From: a virus
Lineage: Duplodnaviria > Caudoviricetes
Virus record (IMG/VR): IMGVR_UViG_3300006139_000004
Location: 1 to 64,000 of that record
Length of the DNA stretch: 64,000 bases
Reading direction: 5' to 3' (one strand)
The notes below the pieces were generated by a model. That model saw only the letters and a list, made by a program, of their open reading frames with translations, had not been told where the DNA came from and did no database searches. Position numbers and translations under genes: made by a program. Positions 31,247 through 42,388 of this stretch are shown piece after piece (the stretch's first letter is position 1; every line of letters starts with the position of its first letter).

Positions 31247-32653
31247 ATGGGATGGCAAGATTCTTCATCAAGAAAAATGGTTTGGAAATCTATCAATGAG
31301 GAAAATTTGAATAAGCGAAAAGTATTTATTCCTGATGCTCCAAAGCAGCTTATGCAAGTTCTGCTGGATGCAGGATATGAAGCCTATGTGGTGGGCGGCT
31401 GTGTTCGTGATTTTCTGTTGGGACAGGAACCGCATGATTGGGATATTTGTACGAACGCACTTCCAGATCAGATGAAGGAGTGTTTTGCCAACTATCGTGT
31501 TATTGAAACTGGCCTTCAGCATGGAACGCTTACAGTCATGGTTGATCATGTTGGTTATGAAATCACTACATATCGTATTGATGGAGAATATACGGATCAT
31601 CGTCATCCTGATTCGGTTCAGTTTGTCGGTAGACTTCAAGAAGATTTGATGCGCCGTGATTTCACAGTCAATGCAATGGCTGCTGATATTAGTGGAAAAA
31701 TCCGGGATTTTTATGATGGACAGTTTGATTTGGAGCATAAATGGATTCGCTGCGTTGGCGATCCTGATAAACGCTTTACAGAAGATCCCCTACGTATTTT
31801 TAGGGCTATGCGGTTTGAATCCAAGTTGGGTTTTGCAATCGAGGAAAAGACAGAGGATTCTATGCGTAGGCATCGGTATTTGCTCCAACATATTTCAGCA
31901 GAGCGGATTAACACTGAACTGACTGGAATTTTGATGGGAGATTGTTATTCCACATTGGCCTGTTTTCCTGATATTTTATCTGTTTGTATTCCAGAGATTA
32001 AACAGTGCATTGGGTTTCAACAGAATAATCCTCACCATAACAGAAATGTGTGGGATCATACCCTATTTGCTGTTTCTGTGGCTCCTAAAGACATTTATAC
32101 TCGGCTGGCATTGTTGTATCATGACATTGGAAAACCCCTGTGTTATTCGGAAGATAGCGGCGTAGGACATTTTTATGGACACGCTGCCGTTAGTAGGGAT
32201 ATAGCGGAAAAATCCTTACGCAATCTGCGGTTTGATAACCAAACTATCAAGTTGGTTACTCAGCTTGTCGAAGCCCACGATAGAACGATTGAACCACGAA
32301 AGCCAGTAATTCGCCGTTGTCTGAATAAGATGGGGATGGATCAGTTTCTTCGGTTACTGGACGTTAAAGAAGCTGATTATGCGGCACAAGCGCAGATTTA
32401 TGGAGATAGGTTGCACAAGGCAGAAATTCTTCAGATGACAGATGAGATTATTGCGGCGCAAATACAACAAAAGGATTGTTTTACTCTCAAAGATTTAGCT
32501 GTTAATGGAAACGATCTGATTCAGCTTGGATATAAGCCCGGGAAAAAGATAGGAATGATACTTAACCAGTTGCTTGAAATGGTGATTGATGGCATAATGG
32601 AAAATGATAAAGCAAAATTAATTGATTGGGTAAAGAATCAGAAAGGTGTATAA
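31247..32653 (+). CDS. cca: CCA-adding tRNA nucleotidyltransferase with HD domain
   Basis: VGGCVRD, DWDI, EITTYR, RRDFTVNA, EDPLR, HDIGK. Confidence 0.92.
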   Translation: MGWQDSSSRKMVWKSINEENLNKRKVFIPDAPKQLMQVLLDAGYEAYVVGGCVRDFLLGQEPHDWDICTNALPDQMKECFANYRVIETGLQHGTLTVMVDHVGYEITTYRIDGEYTDHRHPDSVQFVGRLQEDLMRRDFTVNAMAADISGKIRDFYDGQFDLEHKWIRCVGDPDKRFTEDPLRIFRAMRFESKLGFAIEEKTEDSMRRHRYLLQHISAERINTELTGILMGDCYSTLACFPDILSVCIPEIKQCIGFQQNNPHHNRNVWDHTLFAVSVAPKDIYTRLALLYHDIGKPLCYSEDSGVGHFYGHAAVSRDIAEKSLRNLRFDNQTIKLVTQLVEAHDRTIEPRKPVIRRCLNKMGMDQFLRLLDVKEADYAAQAQIYGDRLHKAEILQMTDEIIAAQIQQKDCFTLKDLAVNGNDLIQLGYKPGKKIGMILNQLLEMVIDGIMENDKAKLIDWVKNQKGV

Positions 32654-34337
32654 TGGGATGACAAATTTAGAAAAGATTCAAAGTATGTCAAGTGATGAAA
32701 TGGCAGACTTTTTACGAAATCACGGGAAATGTCCTTGTGAATGGTGTCCCGGAGAAGATAATCATTTCGTTAATTGTATTGAATGTTGGAAAAATTGGCT
32801 GAATGAAGGAGTAAAGTAAAACAGTTCTTTATGGAGGTATAATTATGGTTAAATGGCGATATAAATTAGAGTTTCAAGGTAAGACTTTGCGTGAGACTAT
32901 TAATAATGGTGGTGAAGATTTAGAATCATGTAAGGCTACACTTCAGGCTTTGAAAAACTGTTACGATCAAATTAAGAGACTGGTTAAGGACGATTGGTGG
33001 AACTTTGAAAGCGACTATGAAAGTCTGGAGTATTACATTGAAGTGTTGGACAATCCAGATGAAAGTAAACGAGAAGATGCTTTGTTAGATGGTGGTTATA
33101 ATGGGGATAATCCAGCACTTGAATGTGTAAATGATAACCTACGAGCATTTTATGACCTTTGTGATTATTATAGAATTTGGGTAGGTATATAAGGAGTATA
33201 TATGAGTCAAATTGGTAATAGCACACTTCCTGAAAAACAAATTCAAAGTTGTACGGAAGAAGAAATAAAAAAATGGGATCAGTATGCACGATGGCTTGCG
33301 GATAAAATTGCATATGATGAGTTTCGTGGTATTCCACATTTCTTTATCTGGAGAGATTCTTCTACTTGTAGAAAAGGTGATTATTAATGACTAATCAAGA
33401 AAAATTTATTCTTTTGCGAAAAGGAATTGAAATAGCGAAAGAACTACAGGATAAAGCAACCGAAGCAGAGGATTTAATTTTCAAGGCATTGGATGATCTT
33501 GGTATTGATCCTGCAAAGTATAATACAGCAGCAGAAAATGCCAGCAACTTAGCAGAGGCGATTTCTTGTTACATAAGTTATGGTGAATACTCTGTTGATG
33601 GGTTAATGAAAGAAATTCGGAAGGCATATGAAGGAGTATAGCTATGGAATTATACTGTAAAAATTGTGATCATCATACAAATCATAATTTTGTAGGAAAC
33701 TTTAAAGACGGAAATCGACTGCTTGGTAGATACATTTGTAAAGAATGTGGAACTGAACAGGAAGATGAACCGATAGAAGGAGAACAAATCATGAAAAATA
33801 TTCCATAACTTAATACATGGCTTGGTCAGCGTATGCAAAATATGGGAGAAGCTGAACTTGCTGGATTATTTAAAGAAATTGCCGATTTTCGTAGGACTGG
33901 TATTCTAAAAGGTGAAGCATTAAGGAATTTGGCAAGAGAATTTTCAGATAATGTATCACATACAGACTATGGACAAAATATGAGATTAGTAGAGGATGAA
34001 GTTCTTTTTGAAATGAGTCGAAGATATTACAATTCTTTGATTTTTTGAGGTGATAAAGTGAGACAATTTGATGCTCATACAACATGGGAAGATGTTCAAA
34101 ATATGACAGTCGAAGAGGCTATTGCTGTACTTTCGCATGATGCTGATTCAGATGGAAAAGAGTGGTCTGCCAGACCACATAAAGCAAAGGCTGCTCAAAT
34201 GGCTATTGAAGCGTTAAAAAGAATTGATAATGCAAACTCATGTATTGGTTGCGTTAATTCAAAAGATAGGATGCCATGCAGATTAGATTGTCATGATTGT
34301 TCCAGATGCTATGACGATTTGTATAAGGAGGAAGAAA

Positions 34338-34859
34338 ATGAGGTTTAGAGATATTCCGCAATTTATTAGTGATGGATCATATCAAGTCAATGTGTCGTGG
34401 GAGTATATGATGGACTGGCTTGATAGATTGATCAAAGAAGAAGGGTTACAACTAAATCCAGATTTTCAACGAGGTCATGTGTGGACAGAGGAACAGCAAA
34501 TTAAGTTTTTGGAGTTTATTCTTCAAGGCGGTAAGACTGGTCGCATAATTTATTTCAATGATCCCTATTGGCACAGTTGCCGTCCTAAGACTGGATACAG
34601 TGATTTTGTATGTGTTGATGGCCTCCAGCGGATTACTGCCATTCAGCGTTTTATGAATAATGAAATCCCTGTTTTTGGTATGTACCATAGAGATTTTGAG
34701 GGAGATACGGATTTAATTCGTCATAGTATGGTGTTCAATGTAAACGATCTTAAAACGAAGAAAGAAGTTTTGCAATGGTATATTCAAATGAACGCTGGTG
34801 GTACGCCACATTCTGCTGAAGAAATCGAACGAGTAAAAAAATTGATGGAGGACTATTAA
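34338..34859 (+). CDS. DUF262 domain protein
   Basis: PDFQRGHVW, VDGLQR. Confidence 0.82.
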   Translation: MRFRDIPQFISDGSYQVNVSWEYMMDWLDRLIKEEGLQLNPDFQRGHVWTEEQQIKFLEFILQGGKTGRIIYFNDPYWHSCRPKTGYSDFVCVDGLQRITAIQRFMNNEIPVFGMYHRDFEGDTDLIRHSMVFNVNDLKTKKEVLQWYIQMNAGGTPHSAEEIERVKKLMEDY

Positions 34860-34879
34860 GATGACAGATAGGCGATATT

Positions 34880-35677
34880 ATGATAAGAATTAGTGAAAAC
34901 GAATTGAATCTTAGAACGATTATGGATAGTGGTCAGTGCTTTCGTATCTTTATTGTTGAAGAAAGTTACTTTGTCACTGTTTATGATGTTGTTACTATGA
35001 ACAAGTATGTACGTGTTTATCATGTTAAGTCTGAAGGCGCATATTTCTTTAATTGTAGTAAGGATGAATGGGATTTTTGGAATACATATTTTGATTTGGA
35101 TACTGACTATGAAAAATTTTATGCCGCAATTATGAAATCTGATGATGACTTTTTGAAGTCAGCAGCAGAATACGGGAATGGTATGAGAATATTGCGACAA
35201 TCATTTTGGGAGGCTTTGATTTCATTTGTTATTTCTCAAAATAACAATATTCCAAGAATCAAAAAGTCTATTGAATTGCTTTGTGAAAAATTCGGTAAGC
35301 CTATTGAGAAATATGGAATGGTTCGGTATTCATTTCCTACTGCAAAAGATTTAGATAACATTACTTTGGATGATTTGTCTGATTTAGGCTTGGGGTATCG
35401 TGCATCGTACATTTATGGAATATGTAAACGCAATCCAGCTTTGATTATGCCTAACTATGATATGTTGTTGGCTATTCCGGGGATTGGTAAGAAGGTGGCC
35501 TCTTGCATTATGTTATTTGGGGCATATGATTTGACTCAGTTTCCGATTGATACTTGGATGAAAAAGTTGCTGAATGAAGTTTATAGTGGCACTTTTGATA
35601 CTACGCCATATAAAGGCTTTGAAGGATTTGTACAACAACTTCAATTCTATTATTATCGTCATTTGAAAGGAAAATAA
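34880..35677 (+). CDS. ogg: 8-oxoguanine DNA glycosylase
   Basis: SGQCFR, RILRQ, SQNNNIPRI, GLGYRA, HhH GIGKKVA, FPIDTW. Confidence 0.9.
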   Translation: MIRISENELNLRTIMDSGQCFRIFIVEESYFVTVYDVVTMNKYVRVYHVKSEGAYFFNCSKDEWDFWNTYFDLDTDYEKFYAAIMKSDDDFLKSAAEYGNGMRILRQSFWEALISFVISQNNNIPRIKKSIELLCEKFGKPIEKYGMVRYSFPTAKDLDNITLDDLSDLGLGYRASYIYGICKRNPALIMPNYDMLLAIPGIGKKVASCIMLFGAYDLTQFPIDTWMKKLLNEVYSGTFDTTPYKGFEGFVQQLQFYYYRHLKGK

Positions 35678-36074
35678 ATATGTGTGATTTTTGTAGAAAT
35701 TTCGATTTTGGTTCAGCTTCATTTGAATCAGATAAATATGGATCACGAATATTGTTAGCTGGTGGTAGCTATCGTTTTCCCGAACACCAGATGTTTAATT
35801 ATTGCCCTGTATGTGGGAAATTTCGCACTGAAGTAATTCTTGAGCGAGAAAGGATAAAAAACAATGGCAATCAGTGAAGATAAGACTATATGGATAGATG
35901 GAGTTCCATATATTCAAGATTATTCTGTAATGCCTCCACGGATTATGCTCCATCCTGACTATCATCCAACGATTTGGTTTCGTATTAAGCATCTGTATTG
36001 GGGATTGTTGTGTAAAATTGATGATTTAAAAATTCGGCTACATAACAAGATATACAACTGTTGGAGGTTTATAT

Positions 36075-36497
36075 ATGAGAAAGCCACAGGTCGATAATAA
36101 ATATAATCTTACAATGGCAAAAATTCGCCGTTTGAAGATTGCAGATAGGAGTAAGGTATGTGAACCTTTATTCTGGAGAAATGATGTGATTGAAGCATGG
36201 TGTATCTGTGGAAGCAGCGGGAATGATATGGACAGAAGGTTTGCCACTAACAATGAATTTTGGATTGGCATTTATGATCTGAACGCAAAAGCGTATGCTG
36301 GTAAATTTCGTGTTAGTCTAAGTTCATATGGTGGTATGTGTGGATATGAGTTTAATAAATTTTTTGATGTAAAGGATATTGATAACGAGCAAGATTTAGA
36401 GATACAAGAAAAGTTTTTGGCGAAGATAAATGAACTGATTGACTGTGGAGTTTTAGTGTTTAATACTGAGGCCGCAGAAATTGGGGGGGCAAATTAA
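36075..36497 (+). CDS. Hypothetical protein with G7 tract at its 3' end
   Basis: RBS GGAGG; ends IGGAN* across G7 at 36483-36489. Confidence 0.65.
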   Translation: MRKPQVDNKYNLTMAKIRRLKIADRSKVCEPLFWRNDVIEAWCICGSSGNDMDRRFATNNEFWIGIYDLNAKAYAGKFRVSLSSYGGMCGYEFNKFFDVKDIDNEQDLEIQEKFLAKINELIDCGVLVFNTEAAEIGGAN

Positions 36498-36555
36498 TTG
36501 ACTTTGTGCAGATTCAAAATAAAGTAATAGAGTTGGCAGCATAAAGCAAAACTAT

Positions 36556-36813
36556 TTGGAGGTAAAGAGAATGTCTAAATCTGTTGAATTGAAAAATTGT
36601 CCATTTTGCGGAGGTAAGGCTTCCCTCACAGAATTTGGTGCTGGTCATGAGGGAGATGGAGTATTTGTAACATCGTATAAGTGTGGTTGTCCTGAATGTG
36701 GAATTTTCTTTAATCGTAAATCAAGGTTCTGTATGGAAGGAACAGAAGTGAAGTTTTTAGAAAATGGGTTTGAGTATGTAACTCAGCATTGGAATAATCG
36801 TATGGGAGAATGA
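36556..36813 (+). CDS. Lar family restriction alleviation-like Zn-ribbon protein
   Basis: ELKNCPFCGG...CPECG...WNNR. Confidence 0.7.
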   Translation: MEVKRMSKSVELKNCPFCGGKASLTEFGAGHEGDGVFVTSYKCGCPECGIFFNRKSRFCMEGTEVKFLENGFEYVTQHWNNRMGE

Positions 36814-36985
36814 TTTATGTATTGTAGTGGTGATTGTAAACATTTAAACAGTAAGAATCATATTTGCAAACTTACTGGAGAAAGGCTCTCTCATATGAGG
36901 TATGGTAGTAGAGGGTTTAGATACCATGTACATGAGCATGATGGAATTTGTCAACATGATAAAGAAGAAATGGAGGAAATTAAAA

Positions 36986-37852
36986 ATGGGAAGCAAGCGT
37001 GATAGTCTTGGGGATCGGATGAAAGGCTATGAGAATGTGACACGAACGAAGTTGGTGCGCCGTATGCCTGTCATTATTCGTATTGATGGAAAAGCGTTCC
37101 ACACATTTACAAAGGGGTTTGATAAGCCTTTTGATAGCCTTCTGATGGACGCAATGAATAGGACAATGAAATATCTTTGTGAAAACATTCAAGGCTGTGT
37201 ACTTGGTTACACACAGTCTGATGAGATTTCGTTGCTACTGGTAGACTATCAGACTCTCACTACAGATTCTTGGTTCGATGATACTGTGCAGAAGATGTGT
37301 AGCATTTCTGCAAGTATGGCTACATTGGCTTTTAACAAGGCATGGAAAGAGGTCGTGGATGAGTGGGGCGAAAAGACTTTTGGTAGTTCATGGTTTGAGG
37401 GCGGTACAAATGAGCCTATTGATGAATTGCTGAAGAAAAAGGCAGATACATATTGTTCTAAATATGATCGTGCGTTGTTTGATAGTCGTGTGTTTAATGT
37501 TCCTAAAGAGGATGTTACCAATTATTTTGTCTGGCGGCAGCAGGACGCTACACGCAACAGTATCCAGTCGGCAGGACAGGCGTGTTTTTCACACAGAGAA
37601 CTTATGAATAAGACGTGCAATATGATTCAGGATATGCTTTTCACCGAGAAAGGCATTAATTGGAATGACTATTCTACGTCCTGTAAGCGTGGTACGTGCT
37701 GTGTTAAGCGAATGGTTGACGTTCCTACAGGTAATGTATGCGGTGCTATCCAAGAGGTTGTACGCCGCCAGAAATGGCAACTTGACACAGGTATTCCTAT
37801 TTTTACTCAAGAGCCTAATTACGTTAATAGTCTGGCATTTGTTGGTGACTGA
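36986..37852 (+). CDS. thg1: tRNA(His) guanylyltransferase Thg1-like protein
   Basis: RIDGKAFHTF, YTQSDEIS, FDSR, YFVWRQQD. Confidence 0.9.
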   Translation: MGSKRDSLGDRMKGYENVTRTKLVRRMPVIIRIDGKAFHTFTKGFDKPFDSLLMDAMNRTMKYLCENIQGCVLGYTQSDEISLLLVDYQTLTTDSWFDDTVQKMCSISASMATLAFNKAWKEVVDEWGEKTFGSSWFEGGTNEPIDELLKKKADTYCSKYDRALFDSRVFNVPKEDVTNYFVWRQQDATRNSIQSAGQACFSHRELMNKTCNMIQDMLFTEKGINWNDYSTSCKRGTCCVKRMVDVPTGNVCGAIQEVVRRQKWQLDTGIPIFTQEPNYVNSLAFVGD

Positions 37853-37854
37853 AC

Positions 37855-38565
37855 ATGATTTACTGTACTGGTGATATTCATGGTGATGTGAGAACATTAT
37901 TAAACTGGCTTGACAAATGCCGTATTCCTCATCAAAAGGATCAGATAGTTATTTTGCTTGGAGATGTAGGAGTAAATTATTTCGGTGATTTTCGTGATCA
38001 AGAAGCAAAGGTTATTTTGCAAGATAGCAACCGAACATATTTCTGTATTCATGGCAATCATGAGCGTAGGCCAGAAAGCCTTGCTACATATCATTCTGAT
38101 GTTTGGCATGGTGGAGCGGTTTATATTGAGGACGAATACTCTAATCTTATCTTTGCACAAGATGGAGAGGTGTTTGATCTTGAGGGATTACAGACGCTTG
38201 TGCTTGGTGGTGCATATAGTGTAGATAAGTGGTATCGTCTGCAAAGTAGATACCATTGGTTTGAGGATGAGCAGATACCAGAACAACGGCGAAAGAGTAT
38301 TCTGAAAAATGTAAAGCAACTTGGCAAAGTTGATCTGGTTCTGTCTCATACTTGCCCGTATCAGTGGCAACCTTTTGATTTGTTTTTGTCTGGCATAGAC
38401 CAGAACAGTGTTGATAATTCTACAGAACATTGGCTTGCGGAAGTTGAAAGGAATTTGGATTATCGTTATTGGTTATTTGGACATTTTCATGATGACCGTT
38501 TAATCAACGATAAATCACAGATGCTTTTCAAAAATGTGATTGACTTAGAATTTTTGAAGGAGTGA
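37855..38565 (+). CDS. Metallophosphoesterase
   Basis: GDIHG, LGD, GNHE, SHTCP, GHFH. Confidence 0.88.
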   Translation: MIYCTGDIHGDVRTLLNWLDKCRIPHQKDQIVILLGDVGVNYFGDFRDQEAKVILQDSNRTYFCIHGNHERRPESLATYHSDVWHGGAVYIEDEYSNLIFAQDGEVFDLEGLQTLVLGGAYSVDKWYRLQSRYHWFEDEQIPEQRRKSILKNVKQLGKVDLVLSHTCPYQWQPFDLFLSGIDQNSVDNSTEHWLAEVERNLDYRYWLFGHFHDDRLINDKSQMLFKNVIDLEFLKE

Positions 38566-38569
38566 TTTA

Positions 38570-38959
38570 ATGAATAACGTCTTTATCAAGGGGCAAATTC
38601 CTGACCTGAATTTAGATCGCAAGTTGAACTTGCACAATGGATCGCTGATTATTGTCAAACAAAGAGATACTATAACTGGCATTTATATGGTTGTATCATT
38701 CCGTGATAATAAAAACAAATACAATGGTAGTAATACCACATCGTATTGTTCGCTTGTAAATTTGGATAATGGTTCTCTTGCTTTTGAAGAGCGTTGCAGC
38801 CGTAGCACTACTGTACGTAGAGTTCTTAATCATGTTCTGCGTCTTGGGTTTTCAATGCCTTATAATCCAAACTCTAAAGAAAATGATAATCAAATGAAGG
38901 ATTATGATATTGATTATTATGGAAACGGTGCATATAAACTTGAAGTTGATTTGAGGTGA
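38570..38959 (+). CDS. Hypothetical protein
   Basis: ORF with RBS in operon. Confidence 0.6.
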   Translation: MNNVFIKGQIPDLNLDRKLNLHNGSLIIVKQRDTITGIYMVVSFRDNKNKYNGSNTTSYCSLVNLDNGSLAFEERCSRSTTVRRVLNHVLRLGFSMPYNPNSKENDNQMKDYDIDYYGNGAYKLEVDLR

Positions 38960-39164
38960 TAATAATGAAATTCGTTTTGGGATTTTTTGTTCTGGCGTAT
39001 ATCATTGTTTTCTTTAATCCGAAGTTGGTGATTTCATATAATGGTGTTCCTACTAATAACTTTTTTGCGAGAGTTTTAGGCGCACTTATAATTAGTCTTA
39101 TATTGACGCTTTTTATTGGTCTGCCGATTATAGGTGTTATCTCATTGTTTATATAGGAGGACTT

Positions 39165-39557
39165 ATGGCGTTTGTACTTGATGAAGAAGGTAATATTATT
39201 GCTTTTAATGATCCAGAAAAAAATATACAGCAAAGTTTGAATTCAATCAAACAAGCGGTTAATTATCTTGTACGGGATAACAAGGCTCTACGTGCTACAT
39301 TAAATCGTTATGACAAAGAGGCTGGTATTAAGGCCAAAGAAGATGAAATTCGATCTATCCAGCAGCGGGCTATTACTGTTCTTTCTCCAAAAGAATATGA
39401 GCGAGACAAGGCTTTTCGAGATCGTCATTATCAACTTTGTAAAAATGGAAGTCGCTTTATTTATGATCTTCAAGGAACAGGCATTGGCACAGTTGTAAAG
39501 ATAAAGTGTCCAATTTGCGGTGCTGAAGAAGATATAACAGATATTGAATCTTGGTAA
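39165..39557 (+). CDS. Hypothetical protein with C-terminal Zn ribbon
   Basis: TGIG...KCPICG...DITD. Confidence 0.65.
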   Translation: MAFVLDEEGNIIAFNDPEKNIQQSLNSIKQAVNYLVRDNKALRATLNRYDKEAGIKAKEDEIRSIQQRAITVLSPKEYERDKAFRDRHYQLCKNGSRFIYDLQGTGIGTVVKIKCPICGAEEDITDIESW

Positions 39558-39906
39558 AGGAGAATTATATGCAATATGTTTTATTTTGCATAGTAGTATT
39601 TCTCATTGGTTATGTAATATATGCTTTAACACATAATGATGGGAGTGTGTTTTGCGATCCAACTGAGTGTGCTACTTGTCCGTTTCCTCATAATGGTTGC
39701 AAACATAGAAAAGAACTGTTCTATTATGATTTGATACGAATGGACGGTCAATATATCTATGTTGAAATTGATCAGAAACTTATTCCAGTTCGAGTACGGT
39801 ATGAGAACAAACTATTGTGGTTTGTAAGTTCAATGGGATCAGTAACCTCGTATGACGATATTGAAAAGGCTGGAGGAAAGTTTTTTAAAAAATTTTCAAA
39901 AACCTC

Positions 39907-39935
39907 TTGACAATAACCAGAAATACAACTATAAT
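39907..39935 (+). promoter_or_regulatory. Consensus promoter with 16-bp element as spacer
   Basis: TTGACA ATAACCAGAAATACAAC TATAAT; second element at 39982-39997. Confidence 0.85.
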
Positions 39936-40015
39936 AGGTAGTGTAAGGAGCCAGCGAAAAGCTGGCAATGAATAAGTGGAAATAACCACAAATACAATAA
40001 TAAAGGAGCAAGGTT

Positions 40016-40708
40016 ATGTACATCGAAACGAGCAAAGAAATTGGCAGTAAGGTTTATTTTCTGAAACCGATCCGCAAGGTTAAGTGTAGCCTGTGCAACG
40101 GCACTGGTCACATCTCTCTTGGTAAGCCCCTGAATGTGGAGGATGGTTACGAAAGCCCCAGCGAGTTTGTTCAGTCCCTTGTTCATCAATTTGCAGAGAA
40201 TTATCGGGATGCAGTTATCGGAAACATTAAGCAGTATAAGTGTCCTGAATGTGGTGGCAAGGGTATGGTGAAGGCCATGTCCCCGAAATATGAAGTCGGA
40301 GAAGGAACAGTTGTTGCAATCAATATGATTGCGAATACCAATGGGGCAAATATGATGTTCGCTGTTAGTGAAGAAGGCAATGGTTCTACTCCCCGTAAAC
40401 TGACCGATGATGAGATTTGGTTGGATCGTGATAAGGCTCAGAGGAAATGCGACTTCATGAATCTTGAACGGCGGCTGGTTCCTATTGAGTGTATCCAGAT
40501 TCCACAATCTTTCGCAAAGACCATTCCTTGTAACGAAAAGTTGATGCGGCGGCTGGATGAGTGGCGTAAGGCTCATAAGTTTGAGACTGAGATTTTTGTT
40601 GATGAGAAGCTGAACCTGTTTGATGGGTATACGTCTTTCTTGATGTATCGGATGCTTGGTAAGAATGATGTTCCTGTCGTGATCTGGCCTGACGAAAAGA
40701 GGCCGTGA
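40016..40708 (+). CDS. Hypothetical protein with DnaJ-type Zn motifs and a ParB-like C-terminus
   Basis: CSLCNGTG, CPECGGKG, LFDGYT. Confidence 0.6.
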   Translation: MYIETSKEIGSKVYFLKPIRKVKCSLCNGTGHISLGKPLNVEDGYESPSEFVQSLVHQFAENYRDAVIGNIKQYKCPECGGKGMVKAMSPKYEVGEGTVVAINMIANTNGANMMFAVSEEGNGSTPRKLTDDEIWLDRDKAQRKCDFMNLERRLVPIECIQIPQSFAKTIPCNEKLMRRLDEWRKAHKFETEIFVDEKLNLFDGYTSFLMYRMLGKNDVPVVIWPDEKRP

Positions 40709-40891
40709 TGGATTTGGCAATCGGCAGCACATATCAAAACAAAAATGGCGATAAAATCAGGGTTTTAGATATATGCGATAGCCTTGATAATAAGCCAAAA
40801 GTGGTGCTGTATAAGAAAAACAAAGGTAAAAAAGTTCTTCAGTCGTTTCAAGAAGTGCTGTTGGAAACATTAAAAGGAAGGAATTGATAAA

Positions 40892-41215
40892 ATGAAAACT
40901 GTCAAAAACGTTCTGCTTGCTTTGCTGGTTGTGGTAATTGTTGTCGGTGGCACATATACCGCCATCAAGTGGGATATGATTGTTGACAAGTGGCAGACAG
41001 AAGCAGATCGAGAAGTATTTAAGCAGACTACGACATACTCTGAGGCCGCTGCATCATTCTTGGCAGATAGTTATAAACAGTATAATGATGCTGAAACAGA
41101 TGCAGATAGGAACACAATCATGGAGTATGTTGTGATGAGGTATCCCAATTTGGATACTGATTCTATTGATAATAGCAAGTTGCGCCAGTTTTATAATCAG
41201 TGTCTCAATCATTAA
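40892..41215 (+). CDS. Membrane-anchored protein
   Basis: N-terminal TM helix. Confidence 0.7.
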   Translation: MKTVKNVLLALLVVVIVVGGTYTAIKWDMIVDKWQTEADREVFKQTTTYSEAAASFLADSYKQYNDAETDADRNTIMEYVVMRYPNLDTDSIDNSKLRQFYNQCLNH

Positions 41216-41233
41216 AAATAAGGAGAATTAAAA

Positions 41234-41770
41234 ATGAAAAAGTTTAAGATTGTAGCTATTGTTCTTTGTGCAGTTCTTATGACTGGTATTTTGGCTGGTT
41301 GTATGTATGAAAGCGAAGAAACACAGTACACAGATCAGTTGAAAGATCAGATTAGTGATATGTATGGTTATCCAAATATATCCAACTTCTTTGAGTATTC
41401 TCAACTTAAAGAGATTTATGAAATGCGTGATAATCCTAATTTGGTTTGTTACTGGTATACTAAAAATGACATGAGCGGTAAATGGATTTATCAAGGAACT
41501 TGTGTTGGTTATGGTATTCCTTATAGTACATCTATTACTGCTCCAGAATCTGTTCAGAAATATAGTAAGCATTATGATTGGCAGATTTTACCCCTTGCAG
41601 AGCCAAATGGCCTTTATACCGATGGTCTGTCTACCTCTGCTACATGGATTTTAACAACTGATGCTAATGGTAATATTTCTCCGACATATGTTGAAAGCGA
41701 GATTACAATTAGCCAAGTAAAGATGGATGCTCGTCTTTGCGAGGACTGGTCTATTCCTAACAACTATTAA
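41234..41770 (+). CDS. Lipoprotein
   Basis: Signal peptide with LAGC lipobox. Confidence 0.75.
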   Translation: MKKFKIVAIVLCAVLMTGILAGCMYESEETQYTDQLKDQISDMYGYPNISNFFEYSQLKEIYEMRDNPNLVCYWYTKNDMSGKWIYQGTCVGYGIPYSTSITAPESVQKYSKHYDWQILPLAEPNGLYTDGLSTSATWILTTDANGNISPTYVESEITISQVKMDARLCEDWSIPNNY

Positions 41771-41971
41771 GGAGTAATTACAATGGATGATTTTCTGCAT
41801 GAGATTCTTGAAAACACAAAGAAAATGTTTCCGGGCGCAACCAGCGTAAGGATCATGGTCACGAACGAAGATGTAAAAGTTACTGCATCTTATAATGGCG
41901 AACTGTCCGATTATTCAATGAGAAAGATTGATGGATCGTGGTGCAGTAAACGTAAGTAATTCATTCAATAG

Positions 41972-42253
41972 GTGATACATATGGATTTAATCGAAAAATA
42001 TCTGCGTGAACATTCTATTGGCAAAGATTATCCAATTTGTAGCAGCGAATTGGCAGAGGCATTTGGCGTTCCAAGAACTATGATCCGGCATATGATTAAT
42101 GCTGCTCGAAGTAATGGAAGCCCGATATGTTCTGGTCAAAAGGGTTATTATGTAGCAACTGATAAAGAGGAAATCAAAGGCACTATTGACTCATTACGTG
42201 GGCGCATTACAAAAATGGAAAAGGCTATTGCTGGCCTTGAAGCGTGTTTATAA
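41972..42253 (+). CDS. Winged-HTH protein
   Basis: SSELAEAFGVPRTMIRHMI...PICSGQKGYY. Confidence 0.7.
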   Translation: MIHMDLIEKYLREHSIGKDYPICSSELAEAFGVPRTMIRHMINAARSNGSPICSGQKGYYVATDKEEIKGTIDSLRGRITKMEKAIAGLEACL

Positions 42254-42294
42254 AACAAATCTCCCTCACTACGTTTGTGGTGAGGGATGGATGT

Positions 42295-42385
42295 GGCAGC
42301 GTGTCGGAGCGGCTTAACGAGGCGGTCTTGAAAACCGTTGGCGACTAATAATCGTCCGTGGGTTCAAATCCCACCGCTGCCGCCA
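42295..42385 (+). tRNA. tRNA-Ser(TGA)
   Basis: Class II cloverleaf, loop CTTGAAA, GCCA end. Confidence 0.92.
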
Positions 42386-42388
42386 TAT

